IMG/VR virus record: IMGVR_UViG_3300017987_000063 | Span: 1 to 64,000 of that record | Source: a virus | Reading direction: 5' to 3' (one strand) | Length of the DNA: 64,000 nucleotides | In this document: positions 27,605-37,405 of the stretch, one piece after another | Position numbering within the stretch: the stretch's first letter is position 1 | Layout: every line of letters begins with the position of its first letter | The notes under the pieces: model-generated | Seen by the model: only the letters and a program-made list of their open reading frames with translations | Database searches by the model: none | Told to the model about the DNA's origin: nothing | Made by a program: the position numbers and the translations under genes

Positions 27605-30193
27605 TCAAGTCCCTTGCCCTGTTTTTTGCAATTTGGCATAAATAAGTTTCCTGTTAAGCTGCCAGTCTTCGCAAACCGGAAGTTCGGTATCCAGTATATC
27701 GGTAACCACAGGCTCCTTTTTCTCCGCATAATCCCTCAGAATCCTTCCCACTGGTTGCTCCACGTCCACCGCCGGAGTCGCCATGAGCAGGGTATCCAGC
27801 CTCGGAATATCCAGCCCTTCTTTCGCCATCTGGTATGTCGCCAGCACAATGTGCGCCTCATTCTCGCTAAACTCCATCATGGTCGCGCTTTCCCCGCCGA
27901 TGTATCGCCCGACCTTGAGCCAGTCATGCGCCGCCAGCATTTGCTCCAGAATTCCGACCTGCTCGCGCCGCTCCGTCAACACCAGCACGCTCCGGCCTGC
28001 CTTTGCCGCGTTTACAAGCTCTCCGGCGATCATGCGGTTCCTGCTTTCGCGCTTGGCTATGTCGGTAATCAAAGCAGACCTGCGCTTCTTGTTATACTCC
28101 CACAGGCCGGTATTTTTATTCTTGGAGCCATACTTTCGCAGGGTATAAGGGCCGTTAAACCGGATATAACGAATCTTCGGAGCCAGATACCGGACACCAG
28201 ACTCGGCGAGAATCGGCCCAATGTGGGCATAAAGCAGGGGCATCATTCCATCCTTCCGGCGAGGGGTAGCCGTAACCCCCACCCTGTACGTTGAAGGAAA
28301 CATGGTTATCACCTTCTGCCACTCCGCCGCGCCGTACCGGTGACAATTATGGGCAACTACGCCATTCCCTACAAAGTTATGATTCCCCTCAACTGTCAAA
28401 TCATAAACGTCCCTGCATCCTGCAGGGGTAATGGATTGAATCTGTTTTATACCGCATTTCGGGGATGATAAAAAGGGCGATTTTTCCGATGAAAATGGCG
28501 GACATTCCGGTTCGCATGCTAATATTCCAATGCCTTCCCGTCCAGCGGACTTCGGAAATAATGCCTTTTTCCTCCAGCCACGCCCTAATAAGCTGATTTT
28601 CTTGTTTTGAATACCCCTCAGTATGTAAAGTAACTTGCCCATTTTGAGCGGAGCCATCGTCCATAAACCACCAAGCCATTCCTTCATCTGATATATTATT
28701 GAGCCATTGTTCAGTAACCCGCTTTTTCCCTGTTTTTCTGCAAATTTCCCAAATTTCTTCCAGAACTGGTTGCGTTGCAGATACCGCCCGTATAAGCGGC
28801 CCTCCCCACCCCCCATTTTCCACCTGTTTAACTTTGAAAGCAAGGCATGATAATTTCTTTGCCTTATAAAATACCCAAGCCGCCTGTCGGATACTGTGCT
28901 GAAACAGTAATCGAGGCCCCCGCGCTGTCCTGTGGGGTCTATTAATACACCCATCTCCCAACAAGGTACCGAGAATAAGCCCTTTAATGCCCTTAATATC
29001 TTTGCACTCAATGACACCTCGCCGGTTATGCCCCAATTTATATTCAGGCCAGTCAATCTTTTTACACCGCTTCTTTTTATAATATTCCCAATCCAATTCA
29101 ATACGCTCGCCGCACCCGCATTTACAATATGGGGCAGTTGCTTTCCATATTTCAATCCTTTCCACCCAGTCAACCCTTCTCCGTAAATCTCTCGTGTGTC
29201 CCTGTAACCGCCTTCGCTCCCTACCCCGCGCATCAAATTTGAACAGTGTTTTTCCACATCCGCAGGCGCACTCAATAAGAACATTTTCGGCTTTAGCTCT
29301 CGCGCCTCTCGCCATCCATCTACTGTCAACACTCGATGCTCCGGCGTACATATCACGCTCGTCCCGTCCGTAAACTGGATTTTCAGGGTCTGCCGCTTTC
29401 CTCTCGGTAACCATGCCAATATTCTCCTATACTCAAAGGTAGATCGTGTTTCATTGAATGATAGCACTAAAGAGGCTTTTTCGCAACTAGCTATTGGCAT
29501 ACTCCCTTGTTCGGTTATAACCCTCGTATCCCCTGCCACGCACTCGTCAAAGATAACAGTCCCGAACTCCCTGAATAACTGCTCCGGATAGGCTTCCCTC
29601 CCCCGCTCGACCAGCGATTGAATCATGGCCACCGCGACCTTAACATCGCTTCCCCACTCGCACCTGTCCTGCTGGATAAGCCCTATTTCCTCCCGCGCAA
29701 GCCCGCAAAAGCTCTGAAAAGTTTCAACCCACTGGTTGTATAAAAATTCTTTATGCACCAGAACGACCGGTTTCCTGCCAAGTTTCGCCGCAATATCCGC
29801 TCCCACTACTGTTTTACCGAAGCCCGGCGGAGCGCAAAGGATGCCTCCATGACACCCGCTGCCTATTCCTTCATGAAGCTCCCGCAGGAAACTGTCCCGC
29901 ACCTTGACCTGCGCCCCCCTGTGCTTCCACGCGCTTGCCTTTAGCTCGTCAAAGGTAAATCCAGCCGCCGCCCCAATAACCGTCTTATCCTGCACCCTAT
30001 CCTTCGTGGTGTTCGCCAGTAAATCATATCCGAACACGCGGGGCAGACACAAATAGCCGTTCTCCTCCTGCCATCCGTAGACCTCGGTTTGCTCTTGGGT
30101 CATGTAATCGGTAATGGTGAACGTAAGACGGGGTTTGATTATGCTTTCGATAAACCAGCCTTTCGGTCGCCGCAAGCGCAGCCATTCGGCCAT
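27605..30193 (-). CDS. Superfamily 2 DExH helicase with intein (start uncertain)
   Basis: APPGFGKT, FDE|CH, TATP, KEGLDIPRLD, QPVGRILR. Confidence 0.9.
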   Translation of the reverse strand: MAEWLRLRRPKGWFIESIIKPRLTFTITDYMTQEQTEVYGWQEENGYLCLPRVFGYDLLANTTKDRVQDKTVIGAAAGFTFDELKASAWKHRGAQVKVRDSFLRELHEGIGSGCHGGILCAPPGFGKTVVGADIAAKLGRKPVVLVHKEFLYNQWVETFQSFCGLAREEIGLIQQDRCEWGSDVKVAVAMIQSLVERGREAYPEQLFREFGTVIFDECVAGDTRVITEQGSMPIASCEKASLVLSFNETRSTFEYRRILAWLPRGKRQTLKIQFTDGTSVICTPEHRVLTVDGWREARELKPKMFLLSAPADVEKHCSNLMRGVGSEGGYRDTREIYGEGLTGWKGLKYGKQLPHIVNAGAASVLNWIGNIIKRSGVKRLTGLNINWGITGEVSLSAKILRALKGLFSVPCWEMGVLIDPTGQRGGLDYCFSTVSDRRLGYFIRQRNYHALLSKLNRWKMGGGEGRLYGRYLQRNQFWKKFGKFAEKQGKSGLLNNGSIIYQMKEWLGGLWTMAPLKMGKLLYILRGIQNKKISLLGRGWRKKALFPKSAGREGIGILACEPECPPFSSEKSPFLSSPKCGIKQIQSITPAGCRDVYDLTVEGNHNFVGNGVVAHNCHRYGAAEWQKVITMFPSTYRVGVTATPRRKDGMMPLLYAHIGPILAESGVRYLAPKIRYIRFNGPYTLRKYGSKNKNTGLWEYNKKRRSALITDIAKRESRNRMIAGELVNAAKAGRSVLVLTERREQVGILEQMLAAHDWLKVGRYIGGESATMMEFSENEAHIVLATYQMAKEGLDIPRLDTLLMATPAVDVEQPVGRILRDYAEKKEPVVTDILDTELPVCEDWQLNRKLIYAKLQKTGQGT
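28346..29542 (-). mobile_element. Intein (399 aa) in helicase motif II
   Basis: CVAGDTRV, CTPEH, VYDLTVEGNHNF...VAHN followed by Cys. Confidence 0.9.
28401..29315 (-). CDS. LAGLIDADG homing endonuclease in an alternative frame inside the intein
   Basis: GLILGTLLGDG, MAWWFMDDG, IPEMRYK; two N-terminal CxCGCG motifs; start MARG inferred. Confidence 0.85.
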   Translation of the reverse strand: MARGARAKAENVLIECACGCGKTLFKFDARGRERRRLQGHTRDLRRRVDWVERIEIWKATAPYCKCGCGERIELDWEYYKKKRCKKIDWPEYKLGHNRRGVIECKDIKGIKGLILGTLLGDGCINRPHRTARGPRLLFQHSIRQAAWVFYKAKKLSCLAFKVKQVENGGWGGPLIRAVSATQPVLEEIWEICRKTGKKRVTEQWLNNISDEGMAWWFMDDGSAQNGQVTLHTEGYSKQENQLIRAWLEEKGIISEVRWTGRHWNISMRTGMSAIFIGKIALFIIPEMRYKTDSIHYPCRMQGRL

Positions 30194-30270
30194 CTTGTTA
30201 TCAGTCGCTCCTTCCAGCCCGCGCCGCGCAAGCTCTGCATCGCGCCCGACCAGTCCCCCGTAGCCTTTTC

Positions 30271-33177
30271 TTATGCTTTTGCCTCTTTCCATGTCACTCC
30301 ATGCCCTACATCCGCAATCAGGGGCAATTTCAAGGTAACGCATGTCTCCATAATACCCTTTAATTCCCTTGCCACTATCTCCGCTTTGTCCTCCGGGCAC
30401 TCCACCAGAATTTCATCATGCACCTGTAAAATCTGTCTCGCGCCCCATTTGGATTGTTTTTTAAAGAAATTGCGCTGTGCAATCTTGACCATATCCGCCG
30501 CGCTGTTATGCACTACCAGCCCATTTGCCATAAATCTGCTCGTAGGACTGTTTAAGGCATCATACATCCGTATTTTCTCGCCTGTAAAAATCACCCTTTT
30601 AACCCTGTTACAATTTCCTTGTATATTTCCATATTTAGCTAGACCGGACTGCCCTTGTACTGCCATCCTATTTTTCGAAGGGTTCAAAAATCCAATCCTT
30701 TTTATAAAATCAAGATTGAATTTTGTGGATACCTGCACCACTGTCCTGTCATCTGGATAGTGTCGGACGCGGGAGCGAATCCCGAAAAGTAACAACGCCT
30801 GCTGCACGTCCCTTGCCCACTTTTCTTTATATTTATGCTTTCCAAAAACCAGAGTAATAGCCTTTCCCGATACCCCCCCATCACCATCAAAAAGTCCTCT
30901 TAAATAGCCGGAAATAGCCTCATAAGATGTTAAAACATTCCACGGAATCCCCCTCTTAACCCCCAATAACAAAGCATCTCGCGCCAGCATAGCGGAATCT
31001 ACATACAGCCAGTAAATATTCTGTTTTCCCTTCCTTTTATGTGTCCACTCTCTGACTTTTCCGAATGGTGTCAGGGCTTTTTTTAGCTTGTTTAAAAGTC
31101 CTCTCTCATGCTCCGCTACCAGCCAGCCGACCGCTTTTTCGGGGGAAATTGTACCATCCGAAGCCAACCTGCCCAAAAGCATCCCTAAAGTAACATCGTC
31201 TTTAATTAAAGAAAAAGAAAGCTGTTTATCGTTTGCTACCCCTTTAATCGCTTTCCAATGTGTTTTTCGCGGGTTTATAGGCCACCTTTTTTCAAATTTA
31301 AAACCAACCTCCACGCCATTGCCCGTTAAAAGCCTCTCTACCGCCTTAAACTCTTTTGGAGTTTTCCACAATTTATGCCCCGCCTCATTTACAGTTAAAA
31401 AACAATGGTCTGGACTACAGATTATTTTATTCCCATCGTAAAAATCCACGATTACCTTATCCTTTAGGCCAGAATCTACTACCTCCACAGGCACATACTT
31501 GTTTCCATCCCACAATTCAATATTTTTTCCCGCCTGCCTTTCCATGCAAGTCATACCTATACCCCTTGCAAAAATACGAGTATCGCCCCCCAAACATCCC
31601 TGAATTATACTGTTAATGGCCTGCCGCTGCTCCGCCCATTTTCGCTTTCCTTTTAACTTGAGCCAGTCGGGGAACCTGCGCCTCCGGCCTGTAACCGTGG
31701 AAACATACTGCTGCTTATCGAGAATCATCGCCACCCGATCATGGAACCTTTTTACTCCTTTGTAAGCGGTAAAATAGCGGTTCCGCATCTCCACAGCCTT
31801 CTCATCCGTCACATCCGGCGGTTGGCGACTCTTGAGCCTGTAAGTGTTTAACTGGCGAGCCAGCGTCGGCCCGCTCATCCCGTAAATGAGCCCGAAGTTT
31901 ACTGTTTTACCCTGCTGTCTGGTACACCCACAAAAGTCCCCTGTCCGCTGGTGTACGTCCTCACCCTTGAGATAGGCTTCCATCAGCAGCGGGTCTTGCG
32001 ACCAGTGCGCCATCAGTCGTAGCTCCAACTGGCTGAAATCCGCGCACACAAACTTATGCCCCTGCTTGGCCTTAAACAGTACCCGCAAAAGCTCGCGCTC
32101 AATATTCTGCATATTAGGGTCTTTACTCGCGAGCCGCCCGCTAACTGTCCCTGTGTGCAGGAAGGTAGAGCGTATCCGACCATCGTTTACCGCCGCCCAC
32201 TCCTTCAACGGCAGCAGGAAACTGTTAATCATGTGGCTCTTACCGCGCCACTCAATAATCTCCCAAAATAAAGGGTCGTCAAACTGAAAAGCCAGCAGAA
32301 CGTTCGCCGCCGTAGACCACTCGCCGGACGCGGTCTGCTTCATCCAATCCTTCGGCTTAAATTTAAGGTCGTCAAAAAGTATCTTGCTCAACTGCTGCGT
32401 CGAGCCTATATTAAACGCTTTCCCCGCCTTTTTATAAATCTCTGTCTCGTGTGCCTTGATTTGGGCCTGAAGGTCGTCAATCATGGCATCCGCCGCCGGA
32501 ACGTCCAGCATAACACCCGCAAGCTCCATATCGGCAAGCACCCAAACATACTCCATTTCAAGGGTATTAAAAACTTTCCACAGCTTTTGCTCAACCAGCG
32601 CAGGGTAGTATTTATCCCATAACAGGAGAGGAGCCCGCACGTCCTCGCAGGCATATTCCAGCATTTTTTCGCTGCTGTCCTCAAAAAGATTCCCCGCGCT
32701 CGCCTTTTCATACCCCACCATATTAAGGTCAAGATGGTCTTTCGCGCAGGGCTTCAGGCCATGTCGCTTCCGGTTCTCGTCCAGCAGCCAGTCCGCTATC
32801 ATGGTATCCCGCAACACCCACCCGATGTTAATCCCCTCAAACCCATGCTCCAGTTTTAACCGCTTGTTATGAATAACCAGACACTCAATATCAAACTTTA
32901 AATTATGCCCCACAACCGCCCTGTCGCAGGCGAATACCTCTTTAAGGGTAGTCATAGCCTCCAGCAGGGAAAAAGGCCCGTGTGCGGGTTTTAGGGCTAC
33001 ATAATACTGGTCTTCCTCTACCCCGAAGGCGAAGCTTGCAAGCTCGTTCCTGAAGGGGTCGAGTTTAGCCGCCTTATTAGGCCCCTCGCACTCCACGTCG
33101 AAGCTAAAAATATCGGCTTTAAGGAGCCGCTCCTTTAACTGGAGCAGCCCCTCTGCCGTTGTTACGTTATGTTTCAT
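30271..33177 (-). CDS. polA: Family A DNA polymerase (3'-5' exonuclease + polymerase) with intein
   Basis: FDVE, GRLAS.DPNMQN, DFSQLELR, KTVNFGLIYG, QG|SAAD, QVHDEI. Confidence 0.95.
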   Translation of the reverse strand: MKHNVTTAEGLLQLKERLLKADIFSFDVECEGPNKAAKLDPFRNELASFAFGVEEDQYYVALKPAHGPFSLLEAMTTLKEVFACDRAVVGHNLKFDIECLVIHNKRLKLEHGFEGINIGWVLRDTMIADWLLDENRKRHGLKPCAKDHLDLNMVGYEKASAGNLFEDSSEKMLEYACEDVRAPLLLWDKYYPALVEQKLWKVFNTLEMEYVWVLADMELAGVMLDVPAADAMIDDLQAQIKAHETEIYKKAGKAFNIGSTQQLSKILFDDLKFKPKDWMKQTASGEWSTAANVLLAFQFDDPLFWEIIEWRGKSHMINSFLLPLKEWAAVNDGRIRSTFLHTGTVSGRLASKDPNMQNIERELLRVLFKAKQGHKFVCADFSQLELRLMAHWSQDPLLMEAYLKGEDVHQRTGDFCGCTRQQGKTVNFGLIYGMSGPTLARQLNTYRLKSRQPPDVTDEKAVEMRNRYFTAYKGVKRFHDRVAMILDKQQYVSTVTGRRRRFPDWLKLKGKRKWAEQRQAINSIIQGCLGGDTRIFARGIGMTCMERQAGKNIELWDGNKYVPVEVVDSGLKDKVIVDFYDGNKIICSPDHCFLTVNEAGHKLWKTPKEFKAVERLLTGNGVEVGFKFEKRWPINPRKTHWKAIKGVANDKQLSFSLIKDDVTLGMLLGRLASDGTISPEKAVGWLVAEHERGLLNKLKKALTPFGKVREWTHKRKGKQNIYWLYVDSAMLARDALLLGVKRGIPWNVLTSYEAISGYLRGLFDGDGGVSGKAITLVFGKHKYKEKWARDVQQALLLFGIRSRVRHYPDDRTVVQVSTKFNLDFIKRIGFLNPSKNRMAVQGQSGLAKYGNIQGNCNRVKRVIFTGEKIRMYDALNSPTSRFMANGLVVHNSAADMVKIAQRNFFKKQSKWGARQILQVHDEILVECPEDKAEIVARELKGIMETCVTLKLPLIADVGHGVTWKEAKA
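30505..31596 (-). mobile_element. Intein (364 aa) with LAGLIDADG endonuclease
   Basis: CLGGDTRI, CSPDH, LLGRLASDG, YLRGLFDGDG, VVHN followed by Ser. Confidence 0.92.
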
Positions 33178-33450
33178 GCGTTCAGTAGTTTTGCTACCTC
33201 AGAGAGCAGCGACTTGTCTATCGCAATGAACTGCATCGCCGGTTCGCTCTGTACGTTAATGGTAAGCACTTTATGCTTCGTTAGAGCCTCAACCACCGTT
33301 CGCATATCCTTGACGTTGATATAACCCTCACTCAACGCGCCACCAATTGATTTAACGGGAACTCGCGCTCCACCAATTCCGGTCGGCGGAGTTATTTCTG
33401 TGCGACTGTAGTCTTTGGTTTTTCCATTTTCTTCCATTGGATACATCCTT

Positions 33451-34113
33451 TCAGTAATCCACTTGTCCGGAATCGCCTGCCCCGGCATCGCCACTGCCTT
33501 TACCCTCTTTATCCCAAGGGTCTCCCTCGCCGACTCCGAGAGCCGCCATATCGCGCTCGACCTCAAACGCTTCCAGCGGCTTGAACATTTTCATAAAATC
33601 GAAGGGCTCCACATCCTTGAGCGTCGCTATATCGAATTTACCTTCGAAATCGAAGCTGCCGCCCACGCGAGCGGTCTTTTCGTCCGCCCTGTAAGCCTCA
33701 TACTTGAGCCCCTTCAGACTGCCCCGCTTTTCCTGCTGGTCTCGCAACCACTTGAGCGTCCTGCTCTTGGCCGCGAATATCCGCTTGGAACCGGTGGCAT
33801 GCTCGACCCCGTTTTTATCGGTATAAGGAGTCAAATCCTGAATGGTAATCATGCCGACATAATAGGGCTTGTTCCCTATTTTGCACAGCGGGCAACCCTG
33901 CCGAAGACAGGTAAAATAATTGCCCCAAGAGCCATTCGCGTAAAGATGATGCTCGTAGAAGCAGAGCGGTTCAGACTCAAGAAAAACTATCATCCTTTTT
34001 TCGCCTTCCTTGAGCCAGAAGCGAGGCTGGAATTTACCCTTTTCCTTATCCATCGCCTCATCCAAGCCGTTGTAACCGGTATCAAACCAGTCTTTTCCCT
34101 TGCCATTTCCCAT
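33451..34113 (-). CDS. Single-stranded DNA-binding protein (gp32-like, Zn-binding)
   Basis: EHH...C-x4-CPLC, acidic C-terminus ending VDY, next to the polymerase. Confidence 0.65.
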   Translation of the reverse strand: MGNGKGKDWFDTGYNGLDEAMDKEKGKFQPRFWLKEGEKRMIVFLESEPLCFYEHHLYANGSWGNYFTCLRQGCPLCKIGNKPYYVGMITIQDLTPYTDKNGVEHATGSKRIFAAKSRTLKWLRDQQEKRGSLKGLKYEAYRADEKTARVGGSFDFEGKFDIATLKDVEPFDFMKMFKPLEAFEVERDMAALGVGEGDPWDKEGKGSGDAGAGDSGQVDY

Positions 34114-34314
34114 CGTGTACCTCCTTGACCTTTCGGTCGTAAAATTTAGACCTTACGGTCTTTAATACTCGCCGGGTATCGGGAGCGCACCTGCGGGCCA
34201 CCCCGTCCCTTAACACCCGGCGACCTACTCATTTGCACGACGAGGACTGGACAGGTACTTTCCGTGCAGGCCGGTGCCGCCTGTATAGAATAATAACTCA
34301 TATTTTCTTAAATG

Positions 34315-34695
34315 TCAAGCCCCCTCCTGAAATAAATTCATCTGTTTATCAAGAAAATCGCCCTGCTTGAATGCCTCATCATAAAACACCTTGCGGTCAA
34401 CACTATTCCCGTTCGGATGCACAAATTCCTCCCCCCTGCAAGCCTCTTCATAATCATCGTGGCTGCTTCCACAATCCATGCACTCCCAATGGTGGACGTG
34501 TTTACATTCCAGCTTAAAATATTCCCCGCCGTATGTCCATGCGGCCACCTCCATATCTGTCTCACCGCAATCGGGACAGTCCACCATCCCTTCAAGCTCC
34601 GAAATAATGGCCTGTATGTCCTTCGGAATATCGCCATTATCCTGCGGTCTTTTTATGGTGCCCTTTTCAATCAATCGCCATCTTTCCTTGTCCAT
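34315..34695 (-). CDS. Cys-rich hypothetical protein
   Basis: CPDC, CMDC. Confidence 0.55.
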   Translation of the reverse strand: MDKERWRLIEKGTIKRPQDNGDIPKDIQAIISELEGMVDCPDCGETDMEVAAWTYGGEYFKLECKHVHHWECMDCGSSHDDYEEACRGEEFVHPNGNSVDRKVFYDEAFKQGDFLDKQMNLFQEGA

Positions 34696-36742
34696 GTCCT
34701 TCCTCCTTTGCTTTAAGCGTCCAGTAATTTACTCGATGCTTCGCCACTTCGAGATATTTTATGTATTTTTCCAGCCCGATATAATTCACGCCCTCCAGCA
34801 CCGCCGCTATAAGCGTAGTGCCTGTCCCTGTAAAAGGGTCTATAACCAGTCCCCCCGGCGGGGTAATCATCCGCACCAGATACCGCATAAGCTCGATGGG
34901 CTTCACTGTGGGATGCGGGTTCCGCAGACACCGCTCCTCCCTACCGCCCACCATGTGGGTCTCGCTTTTAAGATTTTTACATACTGTGCAGGGAAGATTC
35001 CCAATCAGCCCTGCCTCGCGCTCGTCCCTGCGGGCTTTCGGGATATAAAAGTACCGGCTTCGCTCGCCGATTAAACCGATGGGACAGTCAGGATGGCACA
35101 CCCAGTCTTCAACCATCTCCATGCCATCCTCATCCGCAAATCCCTTCACCGGCACGTCGCCCAGCGGATTTTCCTTCCTATCCGAATCGCCGAGACTGAA
35201 AGATGTGCCCCCGCGCCCTGTAGGATAACCCTTATGCCCCGGTATTTTCTTGGTGCCCTGATATTTACATTCGGGATGGTGCGCCATTATCACGTTTGAA
35301 GGCCACCGGCCTAAATCTGCGGACTTGTCCAGCGTATAAATCAACCGACCTTCCGGCTTGTTTACATGCCTGTCTCCAAGCATCGCCCCGTGCGCCATTA
35401 ACCCCTCCATCTCGCTGCGGGCATAGCTCGCCACCGTATGCTTGGCAATATCCCTATCTTCCTCATTCGCCCACGGAACCCTGCAGCCGTCCACGTTTAT
35501 GCCCCCCGTGCCCCATACTATCACGTTCAGGAATAGCGGCCCCGACAAAGGCTTCCGCGCCAGCGTTATAGGAGTAACCTTAATGGGTCTTGCATCTCGA
35601 AGCGTGATAACATTCCGACCCGCAATAGATTCGCTTTGGATTGTTACTTCTAAATTCTGCCCCGCAAAATTTACAAGTGTGGTGAGTATGCTTCCCGCGA
35701 TTTTTTCTATAACACTCGCGTCCGCAAAAAGTCTCTGGATGTTTGGAAACTTCAAGCCTTTTCCGTTGAAATACTTTTCCGCATTCAACGCATTTGCACT
35801 CGACCCATTTGCTGGGGACTCTTCGGCAAGGATGATACCGCGATATATGGTCTCCCGGAGACAGTAGCTCAAGGTTCTCAACTCTGTTATCAGCCCTATC
35901 TCCGTTAATATGGTGGACTTCCTCAAATCGTGATAAAGAGCGGCCAAGATACCGTTCCATAACGAGACGATGTTCAAGCCTATTGATGCCCCCTCCTGTA
36001 ACCTGAATATATCCATCTTTTCGGACTTTATGGGTAACCCTTCCAAAAATTTTTCGACGGCACTCCATAGAGCAAAATCTGACCCTGCTTCTTCGCAATC
36101 TGTTTGGCTTGACTTTAAAATTTTGTCCACAAATTTCGCATGTAACAACAGGCATAATAGCGCCTCCATGAGATACGTTATATGTGCTATTATAGCATAA
36201 GGGGGAACAACTGTCAAGCCTTTAGTAGCCCATGTTATTGGCTCAACTGCGGGCTTCAACTGTGTGCCCCAACCATCCCACCGCGCCGCTAAGTCCGTGC
36301 CGGCCGCCGTAACGTCAAGCTCGACCTGTGGCCTGTCCCCGCTGAACAATGTCCCTTTTTCGCTTTTTCCGAACGCAGTTCCAGCCACTTTGCGCTCCGC
36401 GCCCAGTCCCTTATCAATGGCCTTGCCTATATCTTCGCTCTTGGGATACCCCTCGCCGTAAACCCACACCAGCATATCCCGCACCTCAAATCCGGCCTCC
36501 CGTATCCGCCCCATAACTAAATCCGTCGTCCTCGCCCCGCTGAAGGCCATCAGGTGCGCTCCCGGCTTCAACACCCGGTAAACCTCTCGCCAAATATCCA
36601 CCGCCGGACAGTCGTCATCCCACACCTTGTTGGTTATGGAAAAGCCGTAAGGCGGGTCGCACACGCAGGCATCCACCGAGTTCGATGGTATTTCCGCCAG
36701 TTTCAGCTTGCTATCGCCGAGAATTATCTTGTTCAAGTCCAT
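34667..36742 (-). CDS. DNA methyltransferase with about 220-aa in-frame insertion
   Basis: CDPPYG, WDGWGTQLKPA, GRWPSN, HPTVKP, DPFTGTGTT. Confidence 0.9.
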   Translation of the reverse strand: MDLNKIILGDSKLKLAEIPSNSVDACVCDPPYGFSITNKVWDDDCPAVDIWREVYRVLKPGAHLMAFSGARTTDLVMGRIREAGFEVRDMLVWVYGEGYPKSEDIGKAIDKGLGAERKVAGTAFGKSEKGTLFSGDRPQVELDVTAAGTDLAARWDGWGTQLKPAVEPITWATKGLTVVPPYAIIAHITYLMEALLCLLLHAKFVDKILKSSQTDCEEAGSDFALWSAVEKFLEGLPIKSEKMDIFRLQEGASIGLNIVSLWNGILAALYHDLRKSTILTEIGLITELRTLSYCLRETIYRGIILAEESPANGSSANALNAEKYFNGKGLKFPNIQRLFADASVIEKIAGSILTTLVNFAGQNLEVTIQSESIAGRNVITLRDARPIKVTPITLARKPLSGPLFLNVIVWGTGGINVDGCRVPWANEEDRDIAKHTVASYARSEMEGLMAHGAMLGDRHVNKPEGRLIYTLDKSADLGRWPSNVIMAHHPECKYQGTKKIPGHKGYPTGRGGTSFSLGDSDRKENPLGDVPVKGFADEDGMEMVEDWVCHPDCPIGLIGERSRYFYIPKARRDEREAGLIGNLPCTVCKNLKSETHMVGGREERCLRNPHPTVKPIELMRYLVRMITPPGGLVIDPFTGTGTTLIAAVLEGVNYIGLEKYIKYLEVAKHRVNYWTLKAKEEGHGQGKMAID
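35580..36155 (-). CDS. HNH homing endonuclease in an alternative frame inside the MTase
   Basis: EHRLVME...VHHINGDRADNRVENL plus Zn-finger repeats; GGAGG RBS. Confidence 0.9.
   Translation of the reverse strand: MPVVTCEICGQNFKVKPNRLRRSRVRFCSMECRRKIFGRVTHKVRKDGYIQVTGGGINRLEHRLVMERYLGRSLSRFEEVHHINGDRADNRVENLELLSPGDHISRYHPCRRVPSKWVECKCVECGKVFQRKRLEVSKHPETFCGRECYRKNRGKHTHHTCKFCGAEFRSNNPKRIYCGSECYHASRCKTH
36189..36217 (-). promoter_or_regulatory. Internal promoter for the hidden HNH gene
   Basis: Perfect TTGACA-17 bp-TATAAT with TG extension inside the MTase coding sequence. Confidence 0.8.
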
Positions 36743-36901
36743 AAATACAATCCACCGTATCTGGCTCCAGAGACTCGCCACTTAACCATAAGGTTGCCAC
36801 GCCGTGTTTGCAATTGTTACACCGCGTCCAACCAGTCACGCCGTATTGCGGACACTCGACCTTACCCCCTTTAATCTTTCGGGCTACACCAGCCGCCGGA
36901 G

Positions 36902-37405
36902 TTAAGTCTTGTTCAGTATCAGACATTGGCACCTCTCAAAGAAAATTAGCGGTATTCCGCCCCCGCACCGTAAATGCTTGACCAAGCTTCTGCCCCTGCA
37001 GTAAAGCCGGACAGGGCTTCTCAGCTTATTTGCCCTTCTTTTTGCCACATCCACGCAGCCCTGCGAGGGCAGTGTAGCCGTACACCGCACCGCCGGAGGC
37101 TGTGGAAACTGGCACCGCTTGATAAAATCAATCACAAACTCATCATCCGTCTTATGCTCACTCGGCATCCCGAAAAAGGCTTCCATCGTTTGCATCCAAT
37201 GTTTGCTCCCAAGATAGGGCAATGCCTTGTCTGCCTTTATAATGCTTTTACAGTCCACTGTCAAAATAGCGGTATTATCAAGTTGGATTTTTACTGTATA
37301 GCCATTTCCCACATGGTTGATATTATAAATTCTGCCAAGCATCCCGGCGCACTTTCCCTCTGTTATCTTAACCCTGTCCCCTATTTTCCAGACTTCACGC
37401 TCCAT
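36902..37405 (-). CDS. KOW-motif hypothetical protein
   Basis: KIGDRVKITEGKCAGMLGRI. Confidence 0.5.
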   Translation of the reverse strand: MEREVWKIGDRVKITEGKCAGMLGRIYNINHVGNGYTVKIQLDNTAILTVDCKSIIKADKALPYLGSKHWMQTMEAFFGMPSEHKTDDEFVIDFIKRCQFPQPPAVRCTATLPSQGCVDVAKRRANKLRSPVRLYCRGRSLVKHLRCGGGIPLIFFERCQCLILNKT

